Below, one piece after another: positions 23,145 through 36,945 of a stretch of DNA of 64,000 nucleotides. Position 1 is the stretch's first letter. Each line of letters opens with the position of its first letter. The notes under the pieces were generated by a model, which worked only from the letters and a program-made list of their open reading frames with translations, searched no databases and had not been told where the DNA came from. The translations under genes and the position numbers were made by a program. The stretch comes from Malacoraja senta (Eukaryota): contig CM075988.1 of assembly GCA_038087875.1 (NCBI GenBank), positions 18,354,001 through 18,418,000 of the forward strand. Reading direction: 5' to 3'.

Positions 23145-23467
23145 ATGGGAGAGTCTAGGACCAGAGGCCATATCCTCAGAATAAAAGGATGTACCTTTAG
23201 AGAGGAGTTGAGGAGGAATTTCTTTGGTCAGAGGGTGGTGAATCTGTGGAATTCATTTCCACAGATGGCTATGGAGGCCAAATCAATGGATATTTTTTAA
23301 GGCGGAGATAGATAGATTCTTGATTAGTACGGGTGTCAGGGGTTATGGGGAGAAGGCAGGAGAATGGGGTTAGGAGGGAGAGATAGATCAGCCATGATTG
23401 AACGGCGGAGTAGACTTGATGGGCCGAATGGCCTAATTCTGCTCCTGTCACTTATGACCTTATGACT
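23145..23467 (+). mobile_element. CR1 LINE 3' end
   Basis: GESRTRGHILRIKGCTFREELRRNFFGQRVVNLWNS-like frame, 3' UTR and (TTATGAC)n tail. Confidence 0.85.
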
Positions 23468-25059
23468 TTGTACCCCTTGAAACCACAATCGACCTCCTTA
23501 CAAGCGCGACTTCCTGGTGAAAAGATTCTGAATTATCACACCTCTTCTCCGAGCTGCCAGAGCAGGCCTGGACAACTGCAAACAAGTGTCGACGGCAAAC
23601 GACAGCTCGCGCCAGCAATCGACTCTGGACGCGAGCCAGAATGGTGGTTGAGGACGGAAATGAAAAGGTGCTCAGGGTCTCCGAGAGAGGCTGGAAATAC
23701 TCGAGGCTTACATGAGCCCATTCTTAACGCGGGGAGCTGGGCAAATGGGGTCAGCAGGTATGTTAGTCCTTGCCTCAAGAGGAAAAAGGAAAGAAAGATG
23801 TCAACTTCTAAAAGCCTTTGCATCTGAGTGTTATTTTACAGCCAATGTGGTATCTTGCAAACTGTGTTCCCTGTTGCAAAGTAGGAACTCTGCAATATGT
23901 GCAGTGCAAGTGTACGAAACAGCAGGTGGTCATCAGAATCATTAAAACAGAGGGGACCCGGGGGGGGGGTGGGGGGAAGGACGGACCTCCAAGATCAAAG
24001 TGGGTCCATAGAAAATCGGTGCAGGATTAGGCCATTCGGCCCTTCGAGCCAGCACTGCCATTCAATATGACCACGGCTGATCATCCAAAATCAGTACCCC
24101 CTTCCTGCTTTCTCCCCATATCCCTTGATTCCGTCAGCCCTAGGAGCTGTATCTAGCTCTCTCTTGAACAGATCTGTGACTGAGGCTTCTGTGAATCTCT
24201 GAACTGGGAGTACGTGCAAAATCCAGTTAATACAGAGATTAACGTCCTATACATTTTGTGGTTGAGGGGCACTGATTTAAAACTCCTTTGCTGAAATTCA
24301 TTTATATCAAAGCTCTGACAGCTGTTAAAAATAATGCTAAGTTTCCTGGAACTGCAGATGCTGGTTAATACCGAAGATAGGCACGAGATATTGGAGAGTA
24401 ACTCAGCGGGACAGGCAGCATCTCTGGAGAGAAGGAATGGCTGACGTCTCGGGTTGAGACCCTTCTCTCCAGAGATGCTGCCTGTCGACGCGCTGAGTTA
24501 CTCCAGAGTTCTATCAGAAGCAGAAGTGCACTCGGCCCAAGACACGAGACGGCATGTGCTGGAGCCCCTGGCCAAAGGACAGGTTGCTGCAGAGACTCAG
24601 TGGGTCAGGCAGCATCTGTGGAGGAAGTGGCATCATCGTGTAGGGTATCGACACAAACCCTCTGCCTCTACTGATGTTGCGTGACCTGCTGACTCCTTGC
24701 GGCAACTAGTTTTATCTGGGAGAGTGGGAACAGGGCACCTCCTTTCTACAGTCCAATGGTTTCATTGGATATTTTAATAGGTTCATGTATTCTCGGAGCA
24801 GAAATTTCAGCCATTCAATCATGGCTGATCTATTCTTTCCCTCTCAACCCCATTCTCTTGCCTTCTCCCCATAACCCTTGACACTTAAACTGGGAAAGGA
24901 GCTGTGAAATTATGAACTGCAAGCAGTAGTAGGCACGGACACAGAAAGCTGCAGGGACAGGTTCTATGCTGTCTGACTCTTAGCGTAGAATCAGGAGCAG
25001 GCATTCAGCCCCTTGTGGGTGCTGCTGTTCAATAAGATCATGGCTGATCTTTTACCTTG

Positions 25060-25259
25060 NNNNNNNNNNNNNNNNNNNNNNNNNNNNNNNNNNNNNNNNN
25101 NNNNNNNNNNNNNNNNNNNNNNNNNNNNNNNNNNNNNNNNNNNNNNNNNNNNNNNNNNNNNNNNNNNNNNNNNNNNNNNNNNNNNNNNNNNNNNNNNNNN
25201 NNNNNNNNNNNNNNNNNNNNNNNNNNNNNNNNNNNNNNNNNNNNNNNNNNNNNNNNNNN
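25060..25259. other. Assembly gap (200 N)
   Basis: Run of exactly 200 Ns; the round number suggests a scaffolding placeholder of unknown true size. Confidence 0.98.
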
Positions 25260-26767
25260 ATATTAACCATTTTAATCTTAATTGCTTCCAACGCACTGAT
25301 TATTGGGAAGTCATTTCAAAAGTCAATTCCTTTCAAATGCAAAGTTGATGTCCGTCCCACCTACTTATCTGAAGAAACTTTCTCTTGACTTTGAGAGAGA
25401 CAGTTTATTTCAAAATAGCTTTGGCAAATATATCAACCTCGACACCCAATCTCACGGCAACTCAAATCCATACGTAAAGCTAAATCAATGCCTTGAATCG
25501 TTAAGAAAATCTTTTAAAAGTATGGTGTGCCATTTAAACACAGGAGCATTAAGTTTAGTTTAGTTTAGAGACACAGCGCACAAACAGACCATTCGGCCCA
25601 CCGAGTCAGCGCCAACCAGCGATCCTCGTACACTAGCACTATCCTATATGCTCGGGACAAGTTACAATTTTATCGTACCAATTAACCTACAAGCCTGTAC
25701 GCCTTCACAGTGTAGGAGGAAACTGGAGCACCGAGGGAAAACCCGCATGGTCATGGGGAGAGCATGCAAACTCCAAACAGACAGCAACCGTAGTCGGGAT
25801 GGAAGGTGTGGTGGCAGATAGAGCAGCACCAGAGACTCGGGTTTGATACTGTCCATGGGTGCTGTTTGTATGGTTTATGTACATTCTCCCTGTGGTTGGG
25901 TGGGTTTTCTCCAGGTGCTCCGGTTTCCTCCCACACTGCAAATACGAGCAGGTTTGTAGCTTCATTGGCTACTCTAAGGTTCACGCGCTGTTTCATTTGG
26001 ACGGATCTTCAATGGCTTCAAACCCCACAGCGTGCGTGAGAAGCAATTTGCAAATCCACGATTCCTTTTTAACGTTCGTAGCCTGTCTGTCGTTCGCCAC
26101 TGGTGCTTGCAGATCACCTGTTGCTAAAACCCGCTCCAAAATACCAGGCGAAGAACTCAGTCAGGTTTTCAAACAAAATGGTTCTCGAGCTACATCAAAA
26201 AGAAGCAATTCATTTGTTTTGCCCTGAAAACCATGACCTCCAGTTTCAAGACCAGCTTCAGACTGTACTTTAGACTTTAGAAATACAGCGCAGAAACAGG
26301 CCCTTCTGCCCATCCGGACCGCGCTGACCAGCCATCATCCCCGTACACTAACACTTTCCTACATACACTAGGGACATTTTTTTACCAAAGCCAATTAACA
26401 CACAAACCTGCACATCTTTGGAATGCGGAAGGAAACCGGAGCACCTTTTAAACTGCAGTAAGTAAGAATTTCATTGTCTCCATGTCGTTACACATGACAA
26501 TTAAACACGGTTGACTCTTGATGGGAAGGTGAGCTGTCTGGCTGTGGTGTAAAACTTAAGTAGGCACAAAGTGCTGGAGTAACTCAGCGGGTCAGTCAGC
26601 ATCTCTGGAGAACATGGATAGATGACGTTTCAGGTCTGGACACTTCTTCAGACTCAAGTTTCTCAGTTGTTGCAGAAAGACAAGGCTGTACCGTGTGCGG
26701 ATCGAGATTAGTGCCCGACGATCCTCAAAGTCGGGGTGATTCAGTAACTCAAGTCACCACGTCTTAT

Positions 26768-26945
26768 GTATGAAGGAACTGCAGATGCTGGTTTAAACAG
26801 AAGATAGACACAAAATCCTGGAGTACACAGCGGGACAGGCAGCATCTCTTAAGAAGGGCCTCGACCAGAAACGTCACCCAATCCTTCTCTCCAGAGATGC
26901 TGCCTGCCCTGTTGAGTCACTCCAGCATTTTGTGTCTATCTTCGG
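26768..26945. mobile_element. Penelope pLTR inverted dimer
   Basis: Minus arm GAAGGAACTGCAGATG...GCAGCATCTCT joined directly to a plus arm AAGAAGGGCCTCGACCAGAAACGTC. Confidence 0.75.
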
Positions 26946-28329
26946 TCACCACATCTTAGTTAAGTCGAGAGATAGAGTGTGGGAACAGGCCCTTCGGCCC
27001 ACCCAGTCCGCGCCGACCAGCGATCCCCGTACACTCACAATTCACAATTTTACCAAAGCCAATTAACGTACAAACCTGAACACTGTTGTAGTGTGGGATT
27101 AAACCGGAGCACGCGGGGAAAACCCACACAGGTCACAGGGAAAACGTACAAACACCGTACAGACAGCACCCGTGGTCAGGATCGAACGCGGGTCTCTGAC
27201 GCTGTAACTGTGCCACCGTGCCACCCAAATGTTCACAGGCACTGTGCAGCTTGCTGCCGAAGGAATTTCAAAGCACGTGGACAACCAACCTTCTTCACCC
27301 GAACCTTATGATTACTTTTTCCTGGTTGAAAAGAACAATTATACTGGAAGCTGTTATCAGTCTTTCTGGTTGCCGGCAACTGTATTGGCTGACGAAACGG
27401 GACTTATCTGTCCAATAACAAATTCTAATTAATTGTGCTCAGCAACATGCTCTCATTAAGGGGAAAAAATTAAAATATTGGAATTAGAACTTCCAATTCC
27501 AGTAAATTAAATGAAGATGGTATTTGAGACCGAGCCAAGGTTCCTCACAACCCCGGCAAGCGTGTGTCAGCTGTGCAGAGAGCCGTAAATACAAATTCTA
27601 CAGGCATTATGGAAAATAGGGAATTTCAATAAAATGTCTTGACATTTCTGCAAGAAAGAAAATCTCAACTTGAAAGGTTTATCTATTCAGACAGGTTAAA
27701 ATGCAAGCATTACATACTATCCTGTACAACCGATTAAGAAGATTGGCCATTATAGGGACGTATAAAGCTCGCACAGAATGCTCTCAGCTACTTTCCAGTA
27801 TTTCTTTGCCCAGTCTTTCAGCCCGAGAAATGTTCGGCTGAAATCTGCAGTGGCAGAGTTTTCTTCATTGAATGAATGGCGCTTTATTTGCCACATGTGC
27901 ACATACGCTGTGAAATTATTTTTGCATATTTGCACATGTAGGCACCGGCATGTTTTGCCACCATTTTCACGAGTCCCAAGTCCTCCCACCCCCGCGCTCG
28001 GTCTACTGGAGCGGTTCCCGATCCAGGTGAGCCCAACAAGGCCCCTGCAGGGCCTCCTCCGTCGCCTTCGAGCGGATCGGCCCGCGAACCGACTGTTCTT
28101 CTCCATCATAGTGTCCCGGGTCGTCTCCTGCAGATTACCTTGAAGGCGCTGGAGGCATTACCCGGGCTCACCCTCCTACTGACCCTTGCTCCTCGCATCC
28201 GACGTCTCCAACGGCTCCCTCTCAGTACCGCACTGTCCGCCGCGCCTTTGTCGCAACTGCAGGAGGGCACCTCGTGTAGGCCTCTGCAGCGAAGGCCTCT
28301 ACTGCCTCTTGTGAAGGCCTCTACTGCCA

Positions 28330-28635
28330 TTAGTTTAGTTTAATTTTGTTTAGAGATACAATGTGGAAACAGGCCCTTCGGCTCGCCGACCAGCGACCCC
28401 AGCATATTAACACTATCCTCCCCACACTAGGGGAAATGTTACACTTATACCAAGCCAATTAGCCTACAAACCTGTACGTCATTGGAGTGTGGGAGGAAAC
28501 TGAAGATCTCGGAGAAAACCCACGCGGGTCACGGGGAGAACGTACAAACTCTGTACAGACAGCACCCGTAGTCAGGATCAAACACAGGTCCCTGGCAATG
28601 CAAGCGCTGTAAGGCAGCAACTCTGCCGCTGGGCC
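28330..28635 (-). mobile_element. V-SINE
   Basis: Tail, core and most of the head on the minus strand. Confidence 0.85.
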
Positions 28636-30651
28636 CATTATTCAACTATTATTCCCAAGGAAGGTGACCTCTTGCACAACCAGCTTAGTGCCTTTACTGT
28701 GCCACACAGCCCCTTCTCCATAGACACTGCCCTTTGGCAGAAATGCCCAATAATCGTCCAAATACACAGAATCGTAAACAGTAGAACGTTCCAACAGCCT
28801 GCTGCTGAAGTGCTTAATACGCGGGGAAAATAGGATTTATGATTCCGTTCTCAGTATTAGCGTTCTCGGAAGGCAGGAAAATAATGGCACTGATCTCCGT
28901 GTTTCTGATTTTATGCTGAACATTCATTATAGTTTATGGAGCAGCTGCAATTTTTCATATCCAAATTCCATTTGTGTGAGAGGGGGGAGGAAGATGCAAA
29001 TATTGTCAGTTCTTGAAAGAATTCCCCCCCCCCCCCCAAAGCTCCCAACTTGTCAGCCCAGCTCCTCGAGTTGACTGCTGCAGAGTCACGTGGGAACCGG
29101 CCATTCATCACTTGGACGGGTGCCACAAATCTACGCATCCTATAATTAAGCCTTTGTGTACGGCTGGATATGTACAGGAGAGAGCATCAAGCACCCTCTG
29201 CATTAGTCGAGAGGCCACGCAGTAACCCGCCTGGAGAACAAACAGACAAAATGAAAGACACACAAGTGTGAACACGCACGTCTCCAGATTCAGGGACAGT
29301 TTCTTCCCAGCTGCTATCAGGCAACGGAATCATCCTACCACAGTTAGTAGTGCTGCACTACTTTATCTACCTCTTATATGTATCATAAATACATGATAAG
29401 GGGATAACATTTAGTGCAAGGAAAAGTCATCCAAGTCCGATCAAGGAGGGTCACCTCGGACTATCCTTGATCGGACTTTGCTAGCTTTACCTTGCACTGA
29501 ATGTTATTCCCTTATCTTGTATCTGTACACTGTAAATGGCTCGATTGTAATCATGTATTGTCTTTCTGCTGAGTGGTTAGCACGCAACAAAGGCTTTTCA
29601 CTGTACCTCGGGGCACTTGACAATAAACCAAACGAAACTGAACTGAAGAGAGGAAGCGTCACGATGAACAGTGGACCTCATTGAAACTTACCAAACAGTG
29701 AGAGGTCTGGCTTGAGTGGGTGTGGAGAGGGTGATTGCACTAGTTGGAGAGTCTAGGACCAGAGGGCATAGCCTCACAATAAAAGGACGTACTTTTGGAA
29801 AGGAGATGCGGAGGAATTTATTTAGTCATGGGCGGTGAAGCTGTGGAATTTATTGACACAGACGGTGTTTACATGTAGATGTAGATGGGAACTGGTCATG
29901 TAATGCATGCTCTTTGACTGACCTCCACTGACCTCTCACTGACGGTGGAGCTTGCAAATTCTACGCATGGAACTCACCGTCAAAAATGAATGATCATTGG
30001 AACAACCTCGGCCTCTCAATTACCGGCCCGATTTCCATCTATATCCAAGATAGACACAAATGCTGGAGTAACTCAGCGGGACAGGCAGCATCTCTGGAGA
30101 GAAAGAATGGGTGACGTTTTGGGTCGAGACCCTTATTCAGACTGATCCATCTACATCTATCAGTCAGATACGGCAAGCCAATTTTTTTTGGCCTAATTTT
30201 CCTTGATTCTCCACTGTCAAAACTTCCCTCCCAACTCCGAGCTCCCACTTCAGTGGTTATTAATTTTTACATTAAGTCCTGCACTCTGCTCTCTCTTACT
30301 GTCTGGAAGATGGCCTTCTACTGTGTATTAAACCTCCGATTCCAAGCCCTGAGCAAATGATCAATTTTAATTTCCAATTTGACTTTTAACAACAAGTTAA
30401 AATGGATTCCCCTGCAGTGCATATTAACGTTATTGTTGGCAATTTATTGACATTACTGTTCTATGTCTGGTTCAGTCATTTGCGTCAATGCATTTATGCA
30501 TTTACTCCATAATCAAAGCCATTCCCTAAACAGTGCTAAAACAGCTAAAATACCCTGGACCACTCCCAAGGAATGCGGAATCTGTCCTAGCTAGACAAAA
30601 AAGCTGGAGAAACTCAGTGGGTGAGGCAGCATCTATGGAGCGAAGGAATAG

Positions 30652-30683
30652 GCGACGTTTCGGGTCGAGACCCTTCTTCAGAC
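30652..30683 (-). ncRNA. Hammerhead ribozyme motif in a Penelope pLTR (intact core)
   Basis: Minus strand GTCTGAAGAAGGGTCTCGACCCGAAACGTCGC. Confidence 0.6.
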
Positions 30684-30743
30684 TCTGTCCTGATCACCAC
30701 CCCCACCCTCTTACAGACCCCAAACCAATCCTTCCCCGGAATG

Positions 30744-31012
30744 CGGCGGCACAGCGGTAGAGTTGCTGCCTTACAGCGCCAGAGACCCAGGTTCGATCCT
30801 GACCACAGGTGCTGTCTGTACGGAGTTTGTGCCTTCTCCCCTTGACCTGCATGGGTTTTCTCCAGGTGCTCTGGTTTCCGACCACATTCCAAAGGTTATT
30901 TGGCTTGGTATAATTGTACATTGCCCCTAGTGTGTGTTGGTGTGTGGAAATCGCTGGTCGGCGTGGACTCGGTGGGCCGAAGGGCTTTATCTCCAAAACT
31001 AAAAACTAAAAC
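30744..31012 (+). mobile_element. V-SINE
   Basis: A/B boxes, core and (CTAAAA)n tail. Confidence 0.85.
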
Positions 31013-32334
31013 TGGGGTGCTCCAAATGGCGTGTATTTGGGAAGAACAAACAATGGGATTAAAGCACTCCAGCACGAGGTTTTCATGGTACAATTTACTA
31101 TTTTTTGAAAAGTATTCATGCAGTTTGAGTTGTTGCCTTGAAGCACCAGAGACCCGGATTCAATCCTGACTATGGGTGCTGTCTGTACGGAGTTTTACGT
31201 TCTCCCTGTGACCGTGTGGGTTTTCTCTGGATCCTCCGGATTCCTCCCACACTCCAAAGACTTGCAGGTTTGTTGGTTAATTGGCTTTGGCAACATTGTA
31301 AATTGTCCCTAGTGTGTAGGATAGTGTTAGGTTATGGGGTGATCGGAAATCAGACCCTTCGATCTTCTCTTCGATCTGTGGCTCTCTCTGATTCTTGGAT
31401 GTTTGCTGGTTTTCTTCCATGAAGGCACACAAAATACTTAATTTTCTTGCCATTCCTTTATTCCTCCTCCTGGGTGCCTGAGAACTCTACTTTTTAGGGT
31501 AGTGGTATGTCATTTGTACACTCAGGTCCCACCTTTCTCCAGCAGATTTTTAAAAATGGTGTGGAAACAGGCCATTCGGCCCTCCGCGTCCACGCCGACC
31601 AGCGATCACCTGTATACTAGTTCTATCCTACATGTTAGGGACAATTTACAGAAGCCAATTAACCTAGCAACCCGCAGGTTGTTGGAATGTGGGAGGAAAC
31701 CGGAGCACCCGGAGGAAACCCACGCGGTCACAGGGAGAACATACAAACTGCGTACAGACAGCACCCTTGGTCAGGATCGAACCTGGATTGCCGGTGCTGT
31801 AAGGCAGCAACTCTACCGCTGCGCCACCGCTCCAATGAACACCCATCTCCTGCCAGAGGATGAAGCCAAGGTGGGCGAGCTGACATTGAACCAATCAATG
31901 GCGATCTCACAATCAAGGGAAGGCTAGCTTTGCCCTCATTCCCAGGAGGATATTGATAATATGAAACAAAGACATGAAGTACAACATTTTGTTGGCTTGA
32001 CCAACAAACAAGAGATGCCTTATACTAACAAACTCTGGAACAAAGGCTGCTTGAGAAACGCTGAATCTCTTCCAAATCCCCCCGGACTGCAACAAAGCAG
32101 GAGACTGGGGGGGGTGCCCAGCCCCAGCCTGGGGAATGAGCAGTGGACCTCTCTGGGACCATTGGACCATGCCAGTCTCACACTGGCATTGTGCCCGGCT
32201 CTGCCTTGTACAGAGGGAGCCGCGGACTGCACGGGCAACCTCCACGTGAAACATTAAACCGTGTTCTCTTGGTAAACACAAATGTTCGAGGCTCCACGTC
32301 AAAAGGAGAAGAGTCTTTGCTTCCCACAATGTCA

Positions 32335-32852
32335 TAGTTATAAGGTCATAGAGTCATAGCACGGACACAGGCCATTCGGCCCAACTTGTCCATGCCGACC
32401 AAGATGGCCCATCAACACAGGTCCCAATGCCCACGTTTGGCCCACACCCCCCCCCCCAAACCTTTCTAATCCACGTAACTGCCCAAATATCTTTTATGTT
32501 GTTTATGCCTGGATAGAGTGAATGTGGAGAGGATGTTTCCACTAACAGGAGAGTCTAGGCTCAGAGGCCATAGCCTCAGAATAAAAGGACGTACCTTTAG
32601 AAAGGAGATGGGGAGGAATTTCTTTAGCCAGAGGGTGGTGAATCTGTGGAATTCATTGCCACAGGTGGCTGTGGTGGCCAAGTCAATGGATATTTTTTTA
32701 AGGCGGAGATTGACAGATTCTTGATGAGTAGGGGTGTCTGGGTTATGGTGAGAAGACAATGGAATGGGGTTGGGTGGGAAAGATAGATCAGCCATGATTG
32801 AATGGCAGAGTAGACTTGATGGGCCGAATGGCCTGATTCCTAGAAATTATGA
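32335..32852. mobile_element. CR1 3' fragments in opposite orientations (about 32335-32500 minus, 32508-32852 plus)
   Basis: Plus frame NVERMFPLTGESRLRGHSLRIKGRTFRKEMGRNFFSQRVVNLWNSLPQ. Confidence 0.85.
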
Positions 32853-34309
32853 ACAGGAACTACCTCGGTAGAAAAAAAGTGGATCCATTACACTCTCCAC
32901 TAAAGACAGGACTCAGCAAACAGAGCAAGGATTGTCTGTAAATCGCTAACTGCATCCACATCATTGCATGATGACGTCCTGTCAATACAGCCTGATAGCT
33001 AGTCCATCGCACTGACATTTTTATGTGTTTGGGCATGGATTCTATTTTTGATCTGTCCCATCCAATTTTCAATGAGCGAACATGCAGTTTTAATGCCACA
33101 GCTGGTGATTTCCAGTATTACTGCCTGTCATATTAATACTGTCGATTACTCATGATATAACACTGGCAACAACCCTCCCTCAGCAACGATGGTCTATTGT
33201 GGACTTTGTGTTGGTCACACTACCCCGTCTTTGGTTTTAGTTTAGTTTAGAGATGCAGCATGGCAACAGGCCCTTCGGCCCACCGGGTCCACACTGACCA
33301 TCGATCACCCATTCACACCAACTTCTATGTTGTCCCACTTTCGCCTCCGCTCCCTACACACGAGGGACAATTTACAGAGCCGATTAACCTGCAAACCTTT
33401 GTACGTCTTTGGGATGTGGGAGGAAACCAGAGCACCTGGGTGAAACACGTGTAGTCACAGGCAGAACGTGCAAACTCCGCACAGACAGCACCCGAGGTCA
33501 GGATCATACCAGGATCTCTGGCGCTGTGAGGCAGCAGCTCTACGATTATGGTCTTGTTACCGACTACTCCAGATTCAGGGATAGTTTCTTCCCAGCTGTT
33601 ATCAGGCAACTGAACCATCCTATCACCCACTAGAGAGCGGCCCTGACCTCCCATCTACCTCATTGGAGACACTCGCAGTTTGTTTGCTTGGACTTTACTG
33701 GACTTTATCTTCCACTAAATGCTATACTCTTTATCCTGTATCTGTGCACTGTGGACGGCTTAATTGTAATCATGTATTCTTTCCCCTGACTGGATACCAG
33801 GCAAAAAAAAAAAGCGTTTTCACTGTAACAATAAAAGTGACAATAAAATAAACTTGTATAACATGTGACAATAAAATAAACTTTGCACTGTTTATGAATC
33901 AGCTCCAGTGTAAAACATCTTCAAATGTTACACTATTTTGCACAGAGTTCTTAATGTTGTGTCGCGCAATGTTAGTGCTTTTTACACACACAGGGACAAA
34001 ACATAATCGTGTGGCTTTGTAATTATCTGACAAAATAAATCAAGATAGGTCGATTTTAAAATGTAAGTTTATGAAACCTCTTGTTCTTGCTTTTGTTTGT
34101 TCTAATCTTTACTGAATGATCTGTGTGTTTAAAAGGTCAATTAAAAAGTGTGTTCTGCACATGCTGTGATAACGCTTTCCCCTCACTGCCTCCGCAGGAT
34201 GGATGATATCACAGCTGCCAGGTGAAAAGCATTCTTGAACTGACATTGGACATGAACAATAGATTAGAAAGGGGCACCACTGCAAAATTAAGTCAATTAG
34301 TCCCAGCCA

Positions 34310-34720
34310 GGTGCAGCGGCAGAGTTGCTGCCTTATCGCGGCAGAGGCACAGGTTCGATCCCGACTACGGGTGCTGTCTGTACGGAGTGTGTACATTCTC
34401 CCCATGACCGCGTGGGTTTTCTCCCACACTCCAAAGACGTCCAGGGTTTGTTGGCTGTTAAAGAAGGAACTGCAGATGCTGGAAAATCGAAGGTACACAA
34501 AAAAGCTGGAGAAACTCAGCGGGTGCAGCAGCATCTATGGAGCGAAGGGAATAGGCAACGTTTCGGGCCGAAACCTTTCTTCAGCTAATTGGCTTCTGTA
34601 AAATTGCAAATTGTCCCTAGTGTGTAGGATAGTTCTAGGTGTACGAGGATCGCTGGTCGGCGCGGACACGGCGGGCCGAAGGGCCTGCTTCCGAGATGTA
34701 TTTCTGAACGAAACTAAATT
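34310..34720 (+). mobile_element. V-SINE with a Penelope pLTR inserted (about 34461-34584, minus)
   Basis: SINE core breaks at about 34460 and resumes at CTAATTGGCTTC (34585). Confidence 0.8.
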
Positions 34721-36345
34721 TAATGGGATTCCGAGGGGCAACTTTTTCACACAAAGGGTGATAGGAATATGGAATGAGCTGCTAGAGGAGGTAGTTGAGG
34801 CAGGTAATATAACTATATTAAAAGACATTTGGACAGGTACATAGATTGGAAAGGTTGAGGGATATGGGCCAAACGCAGGCAGTGGGACTAGTGTAGATGT
34901 GGGGTATCAGTCAATAGACAATAGACAATAGGTGCAGGAGTAGGTCATTCGGCCCTTCGAGCCAGCACCGCAATTCAATGTGATCATGGTTGATCATCCA
35001 CAATCAGTACAATACAGTCATTGTGGGCAAGTGTGGGTAGATGGCCTATTTCCTTCCTGTATGTGTCTATGACTCTAACTCAGCAGGTCAGGCAGCTGAT
35101 GTGGAGGAAATGGACAGATAACATTTCAGGACAGTTGATGTACACTTCCCTCCACAGATGCTGCCTGACCCACCGAGTTCCTCCACCACTTTGATTTGAA
35201 GCAGCACCAAACGTGTGAGAGGGGGAAGAGCATGTCTACAGGAGAAAACGTTAGGAATCTGGCAGCGAAGTTAGACTAGGAGAACCAAACTAACCTAGAG
35301 TCATACAGCACGGAAACAGGCCCTTCGGCCCAGCTTGTTCGTGCTGACCATGATGCCCTATCAACACTAGTCTTGATGTTGACACTTAGGGGAGCAGGAA
35401 AGAATTTGGGACATAGACACAATTAGTAAAGTAAGCTCAAGACCGATGGACGAAGATTTGAAAACAGAATTGTGTGCTGTTGATTTTTTAATATCTGGGA
35501 ATTTGTAGAGTGCAGAAGATTTGCTCAGCTTTTCCAAATATATGAACCAAACTTTCTTAATCAGTTTAAAACTGCCTGTGCATTCCCACATCAGCTAGCT
35601 ATGTTCACTTTTACACCGCACACCTTCACATAAACAGTCTGAAGAAGGGTCTCGACCCAAAACGTCACCCATTCCTTCTCTCCAGAGATGCTGCCTGACC
35701 CGCTGAGTTACTCCAGCACCAGCTTCACATAAACACCCAGCTAGCACCTGACAAGTTGCAAACCAAACTAACCACTGGCCTCAAAGTGTTTATTTTCTTT
35801 TGTACTACACAGTTTGTGGCCATTAAATGCCACCCATGCGATCTGAATTCACTTTTTGTTCATTAATATTCTCAACAGATCATCCTTAGCTGACAGAATC
35901 GAGAACAAAAGGTCTTATCCACTCCAGGAATTTTATCAAGTCTATAATTGCCATCATGAATTTTTCTTTTGAATCTTGCCACCAACCTAAAGCTCCAATT
36001 GACCTGCAATTGTCAGGGACAGGCCCCTCAAAACCTGCAGCTGACAACAGAACAAAATTAGAGTTCAGTATTTCCTTCGACCGAGGACAAGTCTTGATTT
36101 GTGTGAGGAAATCTACGTTAATCACTGCCTTGAAAACTATTAACCTCTGTGAACCCACTGAAGATAATTGAGCTCAATTAGATACAAGTCCGACAGAATT
36201 TGGCAGGATTTAAAACTTCCCGTGAACTCTGCACTTTGAATCTCCCGTTTGTTTTTCAGATCTCGTTCGTGGACCTGGGCACTATTCTTGTTTGATATGT
36301 CACATGAGGCAATTGCTGGAAACAAATTTGCTTGTTAAAGTACTA

Positions 36346-36945
36346 TGGCGGTACTGTGGCACAGCGGTAGAGCTGGTACCTTACAGTGCCAGAGACCCGG
36401 GTTCGATCCTGACTACGGGTGCTGTCTGTACGGAGTTTCTACGTTTAGTTTAGATTAGAGACACAGCACTGAACACGCCCTTCAGGCCCACCGAGTCCAC
36501 GCCGACCAGCGACCCCTGCAAACTAACAGTATCCTACACACACTACGGGCAATTTACATTTATACCAAGCCAATTAGCCTACAAACCCGTACGTCTTTGA
36601 AGCGTGGGAGGAAACCGGAGGTCCCAGGAGAAAACCACGCAGGTCATGGGGAGAACGTACAAACTCCGTACAGCCAGCACCCGAACCCGGGCCTCTGACG
36701 TTTTATGGGAGTAACTCTACTGCTGCGCCACCGTGCCGTCGTGTGACCACGTGGGTTTCCCCCAGGTTCACCGGTTTCCTCCTACACTCCAAAGGCGTAC
36801 AGGTTTGTAGGTTAATTGGCTTCTATAAATTGTAAATTGTCCCCAGTGTGTAGGATAGCTCGAGTGTACAGGGTGATCGCTGGTTGGCGTAAACCCGGTG
36901 GGCCGAAGGGCCTGTTTACGGGCTGTATCTCTGAAGTCTTAAAAC
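36346..36945. mobile_element. V-SINE nested in reverse inside another V-SINE
   Basis: Plus head 36346-36442, full minus copy about 36443-36740, plus body resumes 36741-36945. Confidence 0.85.

Noticed and set aside
24991..25348. ORFs spanning X residues
   Set aside because: Artefacts of the 200-N gap.
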